The translations under genes and the position numbers were made by a program. Below are positions 21,571-33,978 of a stretch of DNA of 36,622 bases, in pieces. The number at the start of each line of letters is the position of its first letter. Within the stretch, counting starts at the first letter, position 1. The stretch lies in assembly GCF_006345805.1 (NCBI RefSeq), contig NW_021824670.1, forward strand, positions 1-36,622, in the 5' to 3' direction. Origin of the DNA: Octopus sinensis. Its lineage: Eukaryota. The notes under the pieces were generated by a model, which was given only the letters and a program-made list of their open reading frames with translations, had not been told where the DNA came from and searched no databases.

Positions 21571-21715
21571 CTGTCCTTGTGGCAAGTAATTGTATTATGA
21601 CTGTATCATTATGTTTGGATTAGCAGAATCGCTTGAGCATCACAAAATATTTTTAGTGCTATTCATTTGGGCTCTTTATATTCTGGGTTCAAATCCTGAC
21701 TATGTACGTGCCACT

Positions 21716-23360
21716 GTGTGTCTCCATCACTTCTACTGTGCAGAAACACTCCATCATCTGACGTCTCAAAGGCATGTGACAGCAGCAGCGAGAAGACGCC
21801 AAATAATCTAGGAGCAAGGACACAACCTTGCTTTACCCCGTTTTTTATTTGGAAGGCGGCTGATGTTGAACCATTGTGCTGTATGGTGTCTTGCATATCA
21901 TCATGGAAAGATTTGATGATCCTCAGCAGCGTTGGTGGACATCCGATTTTTTGGAGCAGGATAAAGAGGCCTTTTCTACTTATCAAGTCAAACGCCTTTA
22001 TCAGATCAATGAAGGCCATATATAATGGCATTTTCTGCTCTCTGGACTTCTCCTGAAGTTGGCGTATGAAGAATATCATGTTAATAGTTGATCTGCTTCT
22101 ACTAAAGCCACACTGCGATTCTGGATAAATTCGAGAAGCAAGAAGTTGTGGCCTGGACAGGATAATGTGAGCAAAGGCCTTTCCAACAGTGCTTAGAAGA
22201 GATATTCCACGGTAATTGTTACAATCACCATGGTCACCTTTGTTTTTGTAAAGCGTAATGATGTTAGCATCCCGCATATCCTGAGGGACTGTATCCTCAT
22301 CCCAGCACTGACACAGAAGCTCATGAAGGTGCCAAAGCAGGATGGTGTTTTTGCCGGTTTTGATGATCTCTAAGGGGATGCCATCTTTTCCCGGAGCCTT
22401 GTTACTTGCTAGGGAGTCAATAGCCTTGGTGAGCTCTGCTATAGATGGCAGACTGTCAAGTTCACACATGACTGGTAAGATTTTGACACCCTCGATTGCA
22501 GCCTCAGCTACCGTGGTCTCTCGTGAGTAGAGATCCTGGTAGTACTCTACCCATCTATCCAATTGCTTGCTTTGGTCTTTGATGAGATCCCCAGTAGTTG
22601 ATTTCAGAGGGGCTAACTTGGTTGCGGATGGACCGAGGGCCTTCTTCAAACCAGCATACATCCCACGGGTGTCACCACTGTCAGCAGCTGACTGGATACT
22701 CTGACAGATTTCCTGCCAATACCTATTTGCACAGTATCTGGCAGTCAGTTGGGTTTTATTTCTTGCCTTTCAGAGTTCTTCGAGTGACTTTGTAGAAGAA
22801 TCACTCTTGTACTGCATCAGAGCTGCACGCTTTGCTTCGATAACTGTTTCCAGCTCTGAGAGCCCAGCACTGAACAAAATCTGGGTTTTGCCTATCTCTC
22901 ATGCCGAAAGTATCAATTGATGTGGTATACAAAGCTTCCCTGATATAATTCCACCTACTTTCAGCAGAGGTCGATGGGCAGTTACTGAGGGCAACCTTGA
23001 TAGAAAGAGCAAAACATTGTCGCAGTGTAGGGTCCGAGGTTCTGGCAGGGTTAATGCGTGGTCGGCCCATTTTCTTGGAGTGATGGACTTTTTTAGGCAG
23101 AATCCTCACCTTGCTTCTTATTGGTGTATGATCTCTGTCACAATCACCGCTGTGATAACAACGGGTCAGTTGAACAGAATTCAGAAAGGATCTTCGTGTA
23201 ATGATGAGATCCAGCTGAGATCTTGGATGTCTCCAAGATGCCTTGTGTGATGTCTTGTTGGCAAAGAATGTGTTGGTGATGCACAGGTTATGGTATGTAC
23301 AAAATTCAAGTAGTCTCTGACCATTGTCATTCATGTTGCCAATACCAAAACACATACACT
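21716..23360 (-). mobile_element. RTE-clade LINE internal fragment (endonuclease C-terminus to mid-RT), truncated at both ends
   Basis: NDNGQRLLEFC...LCITNTFF...SWRHPRS.QLDLII; KAPGKDGIP, YRGISLLSTVGKAF, ESQCGF, AFIDLIKAFD, GVKQGCVLAPRLF; homology stops at HSRSDG, before the YADD/FADD motif. Confidence 0.92.
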
Positions 23361-23932
23361 GACATATATACATATACTAGCAGTATTACCTGGCTCAACG
23401 AGGATTTCAGAGGAGAGTTTCAGGAAGTCGCTGGCGATGTATCGTGATGTTGGTTAAAGTGATTCAAACTGCAGACTCAACGCAAAATGGACACATTTAA
23501 TTCAAAGCGTTAAAAATGTTATGAAAACAATTGGTATGTGTTCACAAAGTCCAAACGAATTATACGGAAAAACCTTCCAGGTTACATCCCGAAAATTCAT
23601 TTCTTTGCCGAATTTCTACAATGTTTACGGCGATTCGTTTTTATATCTTGATTTTTTTATTTTTCATGCAATTTACGCATGCTTGCCGCGTGGTGAACAC
23701 AGTTCACGTCAACAGCTGACTGAGTAAAGTTCACTATTCAATGCATGGGATAAGGCCTAACAAACACATTATCGATTTTTTCACTTGCGAGATGAATTTC
23801 GGAACAGAATAGCGCAGTTCAATTTTCATTCGCCTAAACTTTAGTGACCCATTTCTGGTGGTTGTACGATTTGTTGGCTAGGAGGAGATGTGCTGGGAAG
23901 TTAAACACACAGACACACAAGCTGAGGTTTAC

Positions 23933-23992
<60 letters not shown>

Positions 23993-24086
23993 TATATATA
24001 TATATATATATTTATTTTATTTGTTAGGGAATAAAAATTCGTCATAACAAGGGTTCAAATTATTTTCAATGAGGAAATATATATTT

Positions 24087-24272
24087 TCATTTAGAGATAG
24101 TAGGCCCCTTCACCCCACCATATAAAAGAATTTTAATCTAAATACTTACTACTTATATCTTGGCTACCCGTGTTTCTTGAGGTTCATTTCCCAGTTCCTT
24201 ATATAAGTAGTAAGTATTTAAATTAAAATTCTTTTATATGGTGGGATGAAGAGGCCTACAATCTCTAAATGA
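24087..24272. repeat. Fold-back: 72-bp inverted arms around a 42-bp spacer holding half a hammerhead-like motif
   Basis: 24087-24158 pairs with 24201-24272; the spacer reads GAAAC-ACGG-GTA-GCC on the minus strand (24162-24176). Confidence 0.8.
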
Positions 24273-24371
24273 GATATATATATATATACATATTATATAT
24301 TATATATATATATATATATAGATATATATAATATATATAATATATATATATATATAGATATAATAATATAG

Positions 24372-24585
24372 TCAATCCAAACATGAACAAAAACAAAATA
24401 CAACAACTCGAGGACGTGGAGTAAGTTTAGTGTTATTGGATGCTCAGGAAAGGAAAGAAAGGAGGAGGATTTCACGTTTCGAGGGGAGCTCTTCGTCAAA
24501 AATATACAAAAAAATAAAAAGTCCAAAGAAAGGAAGGCGGAGAAAGAAAATCGCCAACGATACATACGCGGTGACATATTGAATC
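24372..24585 (-). mobile_element. Penelope-like pLTR-type unit, same family as 7370-7600, with decayed hammerhead at 24469-24503
   Basis: Minus strand ATTT-TTGACGA-A-GAGC(TCC)CCTC-GAAA-C-GTG-AAAT; flanks align with 7395-7590. Confidence 0.78.
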
Positions 24586-24589
24586 ATAT

Positions 24590-25212
24590 ACATACATACA
24601 TACATACATACATACATACACATACTACATCACATACATATATATATAATAATATAAATAATTTTTATATACATTTTATATATACATATAATATAATATA
24701 TACATATACATATATATATATGCATATGTATATATATATATAATATATATAGATATATATATATAATATATATATATATCTATATATAATATATATATAT
24801 AATATAATACATATGACATGGTATGGGTCTCAACAGAGGAAGCACATGCATAAATAATGATTGAAAATAAAAAATATATATACAAACGTAAAACAATTAT
24901 GGACGCACAAATGCAAATATCAAACATATATTAAAATAAATGTATAATAATACAGGTCTGTGTGTCTATGTGTAAATTATTTCTCCAAATATTCCCATAC
25001 ATACTTGTGATTACGTATGTGAGTGAGTGTTGTAATTGCATATGTGTCTTTATTCAAGACTGTATGTGAAAGTATCAGCGTGTGTGTACACTTAGTTTTG
25101 TTTCTATAGTGATGGTGACTCCAAGTTCATCTTCAATACCCAAAGCTATTAATTTTGATTGTCCATCATCAGACAAGTTGGGCATTCAGTTGTCATATAT
25201 ACGGTCACTTTT

Positions 25213-25259
<47 letters not shown>

Positions 25260-25522
25260 GCCAATGAACTTGATTGTCGAGAATTGTTGAGAATACACTA
25301 TATATTATATATATAATATATATATAATATATATATATAAATATATATATTATATATATATAATATATACATTATATGTATATGTAATATATATATATAC
25401 ATACATACACAGTACTCTCACGCACATATATATACATTATTACATATATGTACATATATATATATAAATATACATATATATTGATATACGTGGTATGTAA
25501 TGTATATTCTGTGAGTGACGAC

Positions 25523-25571
<49 letters not shown>

Positions 25572-25930
25572 ATATATAATATATATCTAATATATATATT
25601 GTTGTGTGTGGTGTATGTGTTGTATGTATGTAAGTATTGTGTAAGTGTATATATATATTACATATGTATTATAATGATCATATATATTCATATATGTGTA
25701 TGTATTATTTATATATGTATATATACTTACGTATGCACATACACTGGTATATATATATATATATATATACATATATATATAGTATATATATTATATATAT
25801 ATATATATTATAGATATAATATAGATATATACATACATACATACTACATGCATACATACATACATACATACATACGTACGTAAATACATACATAATATAC
25901 ATACATATATGCACCTCATACACATACGTA
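24590..25930. repeat. (TA)n/(TACA)n/(CT)n microsatellite-dominated block
   Basis: Directly visible, with short unique spacers. Confidence 0.85.
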
Positions 25931-26170
25931 TACGGCGGGGATGTAACGGCACCTATCGTGTTGATGCTTATTGTTCTGGCAGGGATTAGATGTAACTTGT
26001 ATTTGAAAACACTTATAGACAGACCTATCTGACTTGCACGTCATCCTGCCAATCTTATCATTGTGTCGTACCCCATCCTCAGTGCTTATTTACACAACCC
26101 AATCGCGATTGAATCTTGCTGTTTTGAAATCGCCGAACGCACGCGTATCACAACTGTTACTGCACTGTTG

Positions 26171-26211
26171 GTCAACTTGATGATGAGTACAGCTGACCTC
26201 GAAACGTTGAC
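26171..26211 (+). ncRNA. Degenerate minimal hammerhead-like motif
   Basis: GTCAA-CTTGATGA-T-GAG(TACAGCTGAC)CTC-GAAAC-GTT-GAC; boxes recognisable but core spacing and stem I register are off. Confidence 0.4.
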
Positions 26212-26458
26212 ATACAACTGAGAAAAGACTAACATTTAGATACTTCCTAAAAAAAAGAGAATTAAAGAATGAAATCACAAAACAGACTTTAAAAATATCT
26301 AAAAGAAACACGTAATAGAATATCAGAATCAGAAGATATTCTTGAAATAATAAGTAATATCTATACGATATTTTTTTGAGAAAATCTGCAATCTATCTAG
26401 CACACTTTGATCTACCAATCTATCAATTATTCTCTATGCATATATGTATGTGTGTGCT

Positions 26459-26495
<37 letters not shown>

Positions 26496-26673
26496 TATTT
26501 ACGAAGACACTCACATATATATATTTATATTTATGTATATATGTATATAATATAGATATATATATAATATGTATATATTTACACACATATGTCTATGTAT
26601 AATATATATATTGTATTAATATATATATATATATATAAGATATATTATATATATATATATTATATATAAACAC

Positions 26674-27077
26674 TTTACTCTTTTACTCTTTTACTTGTTT
26701 CAGTCATTTGACTGCGGTCATGCTGGAGTACCGCCTTTAGTCGAGCAAATCGACCCCAGGACTTATTCTTTGTAAGCCTAGTACTTATTCTATCGGTCTC
26801 TTTTGCCGAACCGCTAGGTTACGGGGACGTAAATACACCAGTATCGGTTGTCAAGCGATGTTGGGGGGACAAACAGAGACACACAAACACGTACACGCAC
26901 GTACATATATACATATATACGACGGGCTTCTTTCAGTTTCCGTCTACCAAATTCACTCACAAGGCATTGGTCGGTCCGAGGCTATAGTAGGAGACACTTG
27001 CTCAAGGTGCCACGCAGCGGGACTGAACCCGGAGCAATGTGGTTCGTAAGCAAGCTACTCACCACACAGCCACTCCT
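26674..27077 (-). mobile_element. Full-length tRNA-headed SINE (~400 bp)
   Basis: Minus strand: A box TGGCTGTGTGG, B box GGTTCAGTCC, central CA/TA microsatellite, GGCGGT..CCAGCATG.CCGCAGTCAAATGACTGAAAC tail and (GTAAAAGA)n. Confidence 0.95.
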
Positions 27078-27079
27078 AT

Positions 27080-28075
27080 AAAAGTCGACCATGGTATGGT
27101 TTGGAAAACTTGCAGAATGTCTACATGATTTTCTAAAAGATAGAATTTAGGTAGTGGTGGTCAATGAAAACACAAATAATGAGTGGTGTTCCGCAGGGCA
27201 CTCTCCTGGGATCCCTGCTATTAATAATGGCCTTCAGTTGCTCAAGTACCTACTCTTGCTAGCTATGCAGGTGATACAAAAGTCTCTCAGATGATACGGG
27301 ACCCTGGAGAATTGTGTATCTGCAACGTCACTTGGACGCAATATCAAGGTGGTCTGAGGAAAGTAGCATGCAGTTCAATACTGGAAATTCCAAGCCCTGT
27401 GCTACCAACACAGGAAGCTCAATGAAAAGCAGATAGTATTCACGGGCCCAGGACGGATTTCATTCCCCAAATTCAAATCAGTGCGTGACCTGGGCATCCG
27501 ACATGAGTAATCATTCATCTTTTTTTTTTTTGCTCATTACTATGTTGACAATAAAATGCAAACGTCTGAACTTTCAGAACAATAGAAAAAGAAACCATGA
27601 TGGTTCTGTAGAGGAGTTTCGTTCTAAGCCATCTGGATTACTGCTCCCAGCTGTGATCCCAAACAGTGTAAAACTAACGACGGAACTCGCGGCAATCTAC
27701 GGAAGCTACACAAAGAAGATTGATACAATACGACATATTAAGTACTGGGAGACACTGAAAGAGTTAAGACTCTACTCAATGGAGTGAAGGCGAGAAAGAT
27801 ATGCAATAGTATACATCTGGAAAATCCTAGAAAAACGTGTTCCAAACTTTGACACTGTCACTTCCACAAACAGCAGGATGGGGCGTTACTGCTAGGTACC
27901 AAAGGTCCCAACATTACCACCAGATTACAGGTCCAGACACTGCAACAGCTTGGGCTTCAAAGGCCCACAACTCTTCAACATCCTCTCACAAAGCCTGATA
28001 AACCTGCATGGCGTGGGTGTAAATTTTTTCAAGACAAAACTAGATATCCGCCTGTCAAGAGTTCCGGATGAACCT
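27080..28075 (+). mobile_element. Degraded CR1/L2-group LINE (family B) RT-to-C-terminus fragment
   Basis: GVPQGTLLG, SYAGDTKV (decayed YADD), YWETLKELRLYSME*RRERYAIVYIWKIL; many stops and frameshifts. Confidence 0.85.
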
Positions 28076-28089
28076 ATCTCTTTACGCAA

Positions 28090-28310
28090 GTGTGTGTGTA
28101 TATGATTGTGTGTCTGAGTTTGTCCTCCCAACATCATTTGATAACCGTGCTGCTGTGCGTTTACGTCCCCGTAACTTAAGCGGTTCGGCAAAAGAGACCG
28201 ATAGAATAAATACTAGGCTTACAAAGAATAAGTCCTGGGGTAGATTTGCTCGACTATAAAGGCGGTGCTCCAGCATGGCCACAGTCAAATGACTGAAACA
28301 AGTAAAAAAG
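28090..28310 (+). mobile_element. 3' half of the tRNA-headed SINE
   Basis: tttgtcctcccaacatc...ggcggtgctccagcatggccacagtcaaatgactgaaacaag. Confidence 0.9.
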
Positions 28311-28849
28311 GGAAAAGAGGAAAAAGCGACATCACAACCAGCTACAGCGCAGCACAGGTGTAAGAAGAACTCACACACCCAATAATTGTACACCTTACAT
28401 TATATAAACTACACGTAGAAGACTTCTTGGAATTGATGTTGCGTTTCTCAATGATGTTACTACTCTTGTTGTTGCTGTTGTTGTTGTTGTTGTCGATTTT
28501 ATTGTTGTTATTGTTGTTGTACATTGCACTGGTGACACTTTTCTTCTGTTTACTTAATACAAATTTACTGTGTTACTTCTTTATAACAGGAAAGAGACAT
28601 TGTTTCGTGTGTTTCTTCTACTTTTATCTGATTTTTTTTTGCTTTCTTTTTAAATTTTCAGGTCGATGTTAGTGCAATTCTTGCTATTTGTGTATGTGTG
28701 TGTGTGTGAGTGAGTGTCTTTTTTTTTGTACATTTCTTTTAATTATTTTGCTGATGATGGCATAGTTGTTGTTGTTGTTGATGTTGTTGGTGTTGCTACG
28801 GTTGTTTTGTCAGTGTTTTCTAAATGTATACAAACATTTGCATATACCT

Positions 28850-29100
28850 ACATACACATACAAACAAACACACACACACACAAACGCACACACACACACA
28901 CATACATACATATATGTATGCATAGATATACTTGTATAGACATACAGTTGTCACAGGTATGTTTATATATATATATATATTATATGTATAAGTATATACA
29001 TACATATATATATATATGTGTATATATATATATATATAGAAAGAGAGAGAGAGATACACACACACACATATATGTATGTATATATATATATACAGATACA

Positions 29101-29152
<52 letters not shown>

Positions 29153-29506
29153 GCCATTCATATTTATTGTCATTTACTTTTTGAGTATTCTTGCGAGTGT
29201 ACATTTCTTAAGTTAGATAATATCCAATAAGCAACTCTTTGATGGCACAACATTGTCGTCAGGTATGTATGTATCTGTAAATATATGTATATGCACCCAT
29301 TTATATCTGTACACATATACATACCACATACACACAAACTGGATCACATATGCATATATAAAGATACATGCACATATACTTTTATGCATAAATGCACATG
29401 TGAAGTTACGTATATATATATATACTTACATATATGCTTGTGGTTATACGTGTCTATATACATACACACACATACATATATACACGTATATATGTATACA
29501 TACAAA

Positions 29507-29537
<31 letters not shown>

Positions 29538-30342
29538 ATATATATATATATATATGTGGTGTGTGTGTGTGTGTGTTGTATAATATATATAATATTATAT
29601 ATATATATATATATATGTATATGACATATAACTTTATATTATATATATGCTTGTGTCTATCTATATCTTCGTCTTTCAAGGAATCTACGTATCTATTTCT
29701 CTTCTAACAGGTACACAAAAAATCGTACACACGCTCGCTCACGCACACACACAGATGCACACACAGACACATACACACACACACACACACACACACCACA
29801 CACACACACAGCCTCCTTAAGTGTCTGTATGTGTGTCTATGTGTCTATGTCTTCCTGTTTGTTTGTCTGAGAGTTAAATGAACGACTGACTTGCACTTTC
29901 CTCCGTAATTAACTTACGATAGGTCATAAAACAAAAAACAAAACGAAAAATCCAAAAAAAAACAACAACAACATCGAAAACGTCAACAAAAAACATCAAC
30001 CACAAAACATTTAAAAAACAAGCACAAAAATAAGGAAACCAAAAAAAAAAAGAAAAACGCAAAATCAGGCTATGTTTTGAAAGTCTAAGTAATGAAATCA
30101 GCAATCTTAATGTTGCTCTAATTGTTGTTTTTGCTGATTGTGTTTGTGTTTTTTTGGTGTTGTTTCTTGTTGTGTATGCTATGGTTATCTACTCTGCAAG
30201 AACGCTAAACAGTATTTAAGTGATAACAAGGAATGCGTAAACGTGTTGTATATGTGTGCTGTGTTAGTGCTGTGTGTGAGTCTGCGTGTGTTAGTGATTT
30301 ATATTATATTATTATATATATATATAATTATATATATATATC

Positions 30343-30376
<34 letters not shown>

Positions 30377-30484
30377 ATATATTATATATATATATATATA
30401 TATAATATATATATGTATATTTATATATATTATATGTATATATATATATACACATATATATATACACACCACACATATACAACA

Positions 30485-30517
<33 letters not shown>

Positions 30518-30560
30518 ATATATACATACTATATATATTTATATGTAGTATATGAACAGG
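28850..30560. repeat. (CA)n/(TA)n/A-rich microsatellite-dominated block
   Basis: Directly visible. Confidence 0.85.
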
Positions 30561-31139
30561 TCTCTGTTCATCGCCAACGCATGTAACAATGTAAGTACGT
30601 AATGCTTATATAGGCAACTACATACAAATATATACATGTAGTCATGTGTGTTTATTGATGTGTTGGGCCGTGTTTTTATGTTGCTACACATGTACTTCTT
30701 AGTAAGGTTTTTTCATGGAGGCTTTTTTGTTTTAGCTGTAATACAGGAATCGTAGGAGCTTCTTAGCTCTTTGAAGTAGCTAAAATACGTTTCAAGGAAA
30801 TATATATGAGTACGTATGTATATAACTGTCTTCATGTGTTTGTTTGTGTGTGTGTGTGTCTGTGTATGTGTGTGTGTATGTGTGCGTGTGTGTGTTTGTG
30901 TGAACGTGTGGGTGTCTGTTTTAAAACTCGTGTTGACGGGACTTAAAATTTTGCCTGATGGTTTATTTAACACGTTTGGAGAAGACATTAAGTGAATCTC
31001 CGTGTCCACGTCAACATGAATTATATAATAAATTCATTAGAGAACTCTTGATTTCCCACCACACCAAGAATATGCATTATGTTGTTATTGTTAATCTTAC
31101 TTTAATATAGTTCTTCCTAATAGAGTCACAAAGCCTGAA

Positions 31140-31322
31140 ATTTTGTGGATGGGGCTCAGTCGATTACATCGACCATTACTTAATTGGTACTTTATTTTAT
31201 CGATCTCGAAAGAATGAAAGGCAAGATCGACCTCGGCAGAATTTGAACTCCAAACCTAAAAACGGACGAAATGTCGCTAAGTATTTTGCCCGGAGTGCTA
31301 ACGACTCTGCCAGCTCGCCGCC
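31140..31322 (-). mobile_element. Second SINE family fragment
   Basis: gtcgattacatcgacc...gaatgaaaggcaagatcgacctcggcagaatttgaactc...gactctgccagctcgcc. Confidence 0.8.
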
Positions 31323-31539
31323 GAACATACACCCTTATATTAGTTTGTAAAGAATGGCTTCTCATATTTTTGACGGATCAATTTCAAGGAACTTTTGCAA
31401 TACTTACGGTAAAATACGCATTTTTACATTCCAATATTTGGTTTTCTTTGCAGATTACTTTATACCATGGTGGTTAAATTTTTGTTGACTTTATTCTTTC
31501 AAAATGAGTTTAGATCGGACTCTGAATAGACATTGCATG

Positions 31540-32480
31540 TTGTACGAATTTAAAGAGTTCTTCAATAATGAAAGCAACAAGAAATATTCTGCCTATGTAA
31601 ATGAAGCTTTAAGCATTTGCACATAGCAACGATGATGTGGCCAGTTTCAATTGAAGAATTTACCCTCGCAGACTTCTTTTGATGTGGACGACCAAGATCT
31701 GTCATCACGGTATATCTCCACCGTATGGGAGGATAATCAATGGAAGCTGCTTGAGAATAACCAACAGTTGTAGTCAAGTCACGCATTCACGGATTAGGAT
31801 AATCGTTTAAACTTCGTCAGTGAGTCTCTCATCATCTGACTGTTTCTCGGCTTAATAAAAGAGTTGCCCTCTGCTCATCATTGAAGAGTGAACTTTCTGC
31901 CAAAATTTTCCTGACTAGAATCATTACAAGTTTTGATAAGTTGATTTTCTATAATTACAACCAATGAAAACGACGATGGTTAGCAAGAGTACATCCGAAG
32001 AAAAAAAAAAAGAAACAAAGAAGATATGCTATGTGTTTGGTACGATATGAAGTGTGTTGTCTATCATGAAATATCAAACCAGACCAAACAGTTAATTCAG
32101 AGAAGTATTGTCTTCAGTTAGAAGTATTGCACAAAAGTTTGCAGAAAAAGTGTCCATCATTGGTCAGTAGTAAAGATGTGTCACCCTTAGACGATAGTCC
32201 AAGACCACATAGTGCCCAAGCTGCTTAGTAAAAAAAAACGGCATTAAATGTTGAAGTTTAACTTCATCATGGTTACTTTCCTGACTTTACTCCATCATCT
32301 TTCAAGGTCATTTAGAAGGAAAACAGTTTATGGACTGTAAAGATATTAAAAATTATATTGGGTGTTTCTTTGCTTCGAAACCCGAAAAATTTTATGGGCG
32401 GTGGATCAACAGTTTGCCAGATAGATGTGATTATGTTATCATTAATGGGAGAGGAATATTATCGTGATTAAATATTAAGA
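31540..32480 (+). pseudogene. Decayed mariner (Tc1/mariner, DD34D-type) transposase
   Basis: FLTRIITSFDKLIFY (cf. FLDRIVTGDEKWI), KKDMLCVWYDMKCVVYHE, VNSEKYCLQL, LDDSPRPH (cf. HDNARPH), HHGYFPDFTP (cf. HPPYSPDLAP), FFASKPEKFYGRWINSLPDR; multiple stops and frameshifts. Confidence 0.88.
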
Positions 32481-32886
32481 CCAAAGGACCAGCTGTTTCT
32501 TTCGCATCTTGAAATGCAGCAGGACTTTCTTTTCAACCTAAAATATATAGGGAAATGTCATCGGAATTATAAGAGTAGTTTACTCTTTTGACTGTTCATG
32601 TGTAAAATAACACAGGCCAACAAAAAGTGTTTTAATCAGTTATCAAAGAATTTGAACCTGAACTAAGGTTTTCCTTATACACAAAATCCAAAAATGACAT
32701 CCATCATGTCAAAATTTTAAGATACTGGATCCATAGAATTTCATTGTTTTTTTTTTATTTCAATAAAACGGCTTATGAAGAACAAGGCATAATGTAACAT
32801 ACAAACTTACATTGGTTTTTCCTGAAAACCAAGATGGTTCCTTAACATTCTACTGAGAAACTAATAAAAGTCTCAAAAATTTCTAC

Positions 32887-33277
32887 AGGAGTGGCTGTGT
32901 GGTAAGTAGCTTGCTTACCAACCACATGGTTCTGGCTTCAGTCCTACTGCGTGGCACCTACTATAGCCTCAGGCCGACCAAAGCCTTGTGAGTGGATTTG
33001 GTAGACGGAAACTGAAAGAAGCCCGTCGTATATATAAATATACATGTATGTATGTATGTGTGTGTATATGTTTGTGTCTGTGTTTGTCACCCAACATCGC
33101 TTGACAACCGATGCTGGTGTGTTTATGTTCCCGTAACTTAGCGGTTCGGCAAAAGAGACCGATAGACTAAGTACTAGGCTTACAAAGAATAAGTCCTGGG
33201 GGCAATTTGCTCGACTAAAGGCGGTGCTCCAGAATGGCCGCAGTCAAATGACTGAACCAAGTAAAAGAGTAAAAGAG
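32887..33277 (+). mobile_element. Full-length tRNA-headed SINE
   Basis: aggagtggctgtgtggtaag head through ggcggtgctccagaatggccgcagtcaaatgactgaacc and (GTAAAAGA)2 tail. Confidence 0.95.
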
Positions 33278-33516
33278 ACAAATTACATCATTTATGCCTA
33301 ATTACCCATGAATTTGTTTGGATGATTTTCTTGAGTGCTAAACCTTAGGAAGATCAAGAGCCAAACTCCAGCAATAACCTGCCTCATATTCAAGACTTAA
33401 TACTTTTGTTCCATTGGTATTATGTCTTGTTGGAAACGTGCTCCTGGTTCGACATTTGTGTCAGCAAGATTTTCGAGAACTTTATCAAGGTGACTGTGGA
33501 GTTACTTTCTTTTGGT

Positions 33517-33717
33517 CTTTTACTTGTTTCAATCATTTGACTGCGGCCATGCTGGAGCCATGCTGGAGCACCACATTTAGTCGAGCAAATCGCCCCCAGG
33601 ACTTATTTTTTGTAAGCCTAATACTTATTCTATCAGTCTCTTTTGCCGAACCGCTCAGTTACGGGGACGTAAACACACCAGCACCGGTTGTCAAGCGATG
33701 CTGGGGGGACAAACCCA

Positions 33718-33751
<34 letters not shown>

Positions 33752-33805
33752 GATATATATATATATACATATATACTACGGGCTTCTTTCTGTTTCCGTC
33801 TACCC
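33517..33805 (-). mobile_element. 3' two-thirds of the tRNA-headed SINE
   Basis: Tail-to-middle match, with a small internal duplication (ccatgctggag x2). Confidence 0.9.
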
Positions 33806-33978
33806 AATTAGGAGAGATTGTAGATTTACCTGTGTATTTTGAAGGACTTTGAGAGCTAGGGATTGCTCCAGTTATAAACTGCTTTCTAGTAAATCCAATC
33901 CCGTTCTCTCTCTAGCTCTACTTTAAATAACTTGTGGGAGCTGGCTTCAACTCGAGAACACAGTATGTCTTTCCATGT

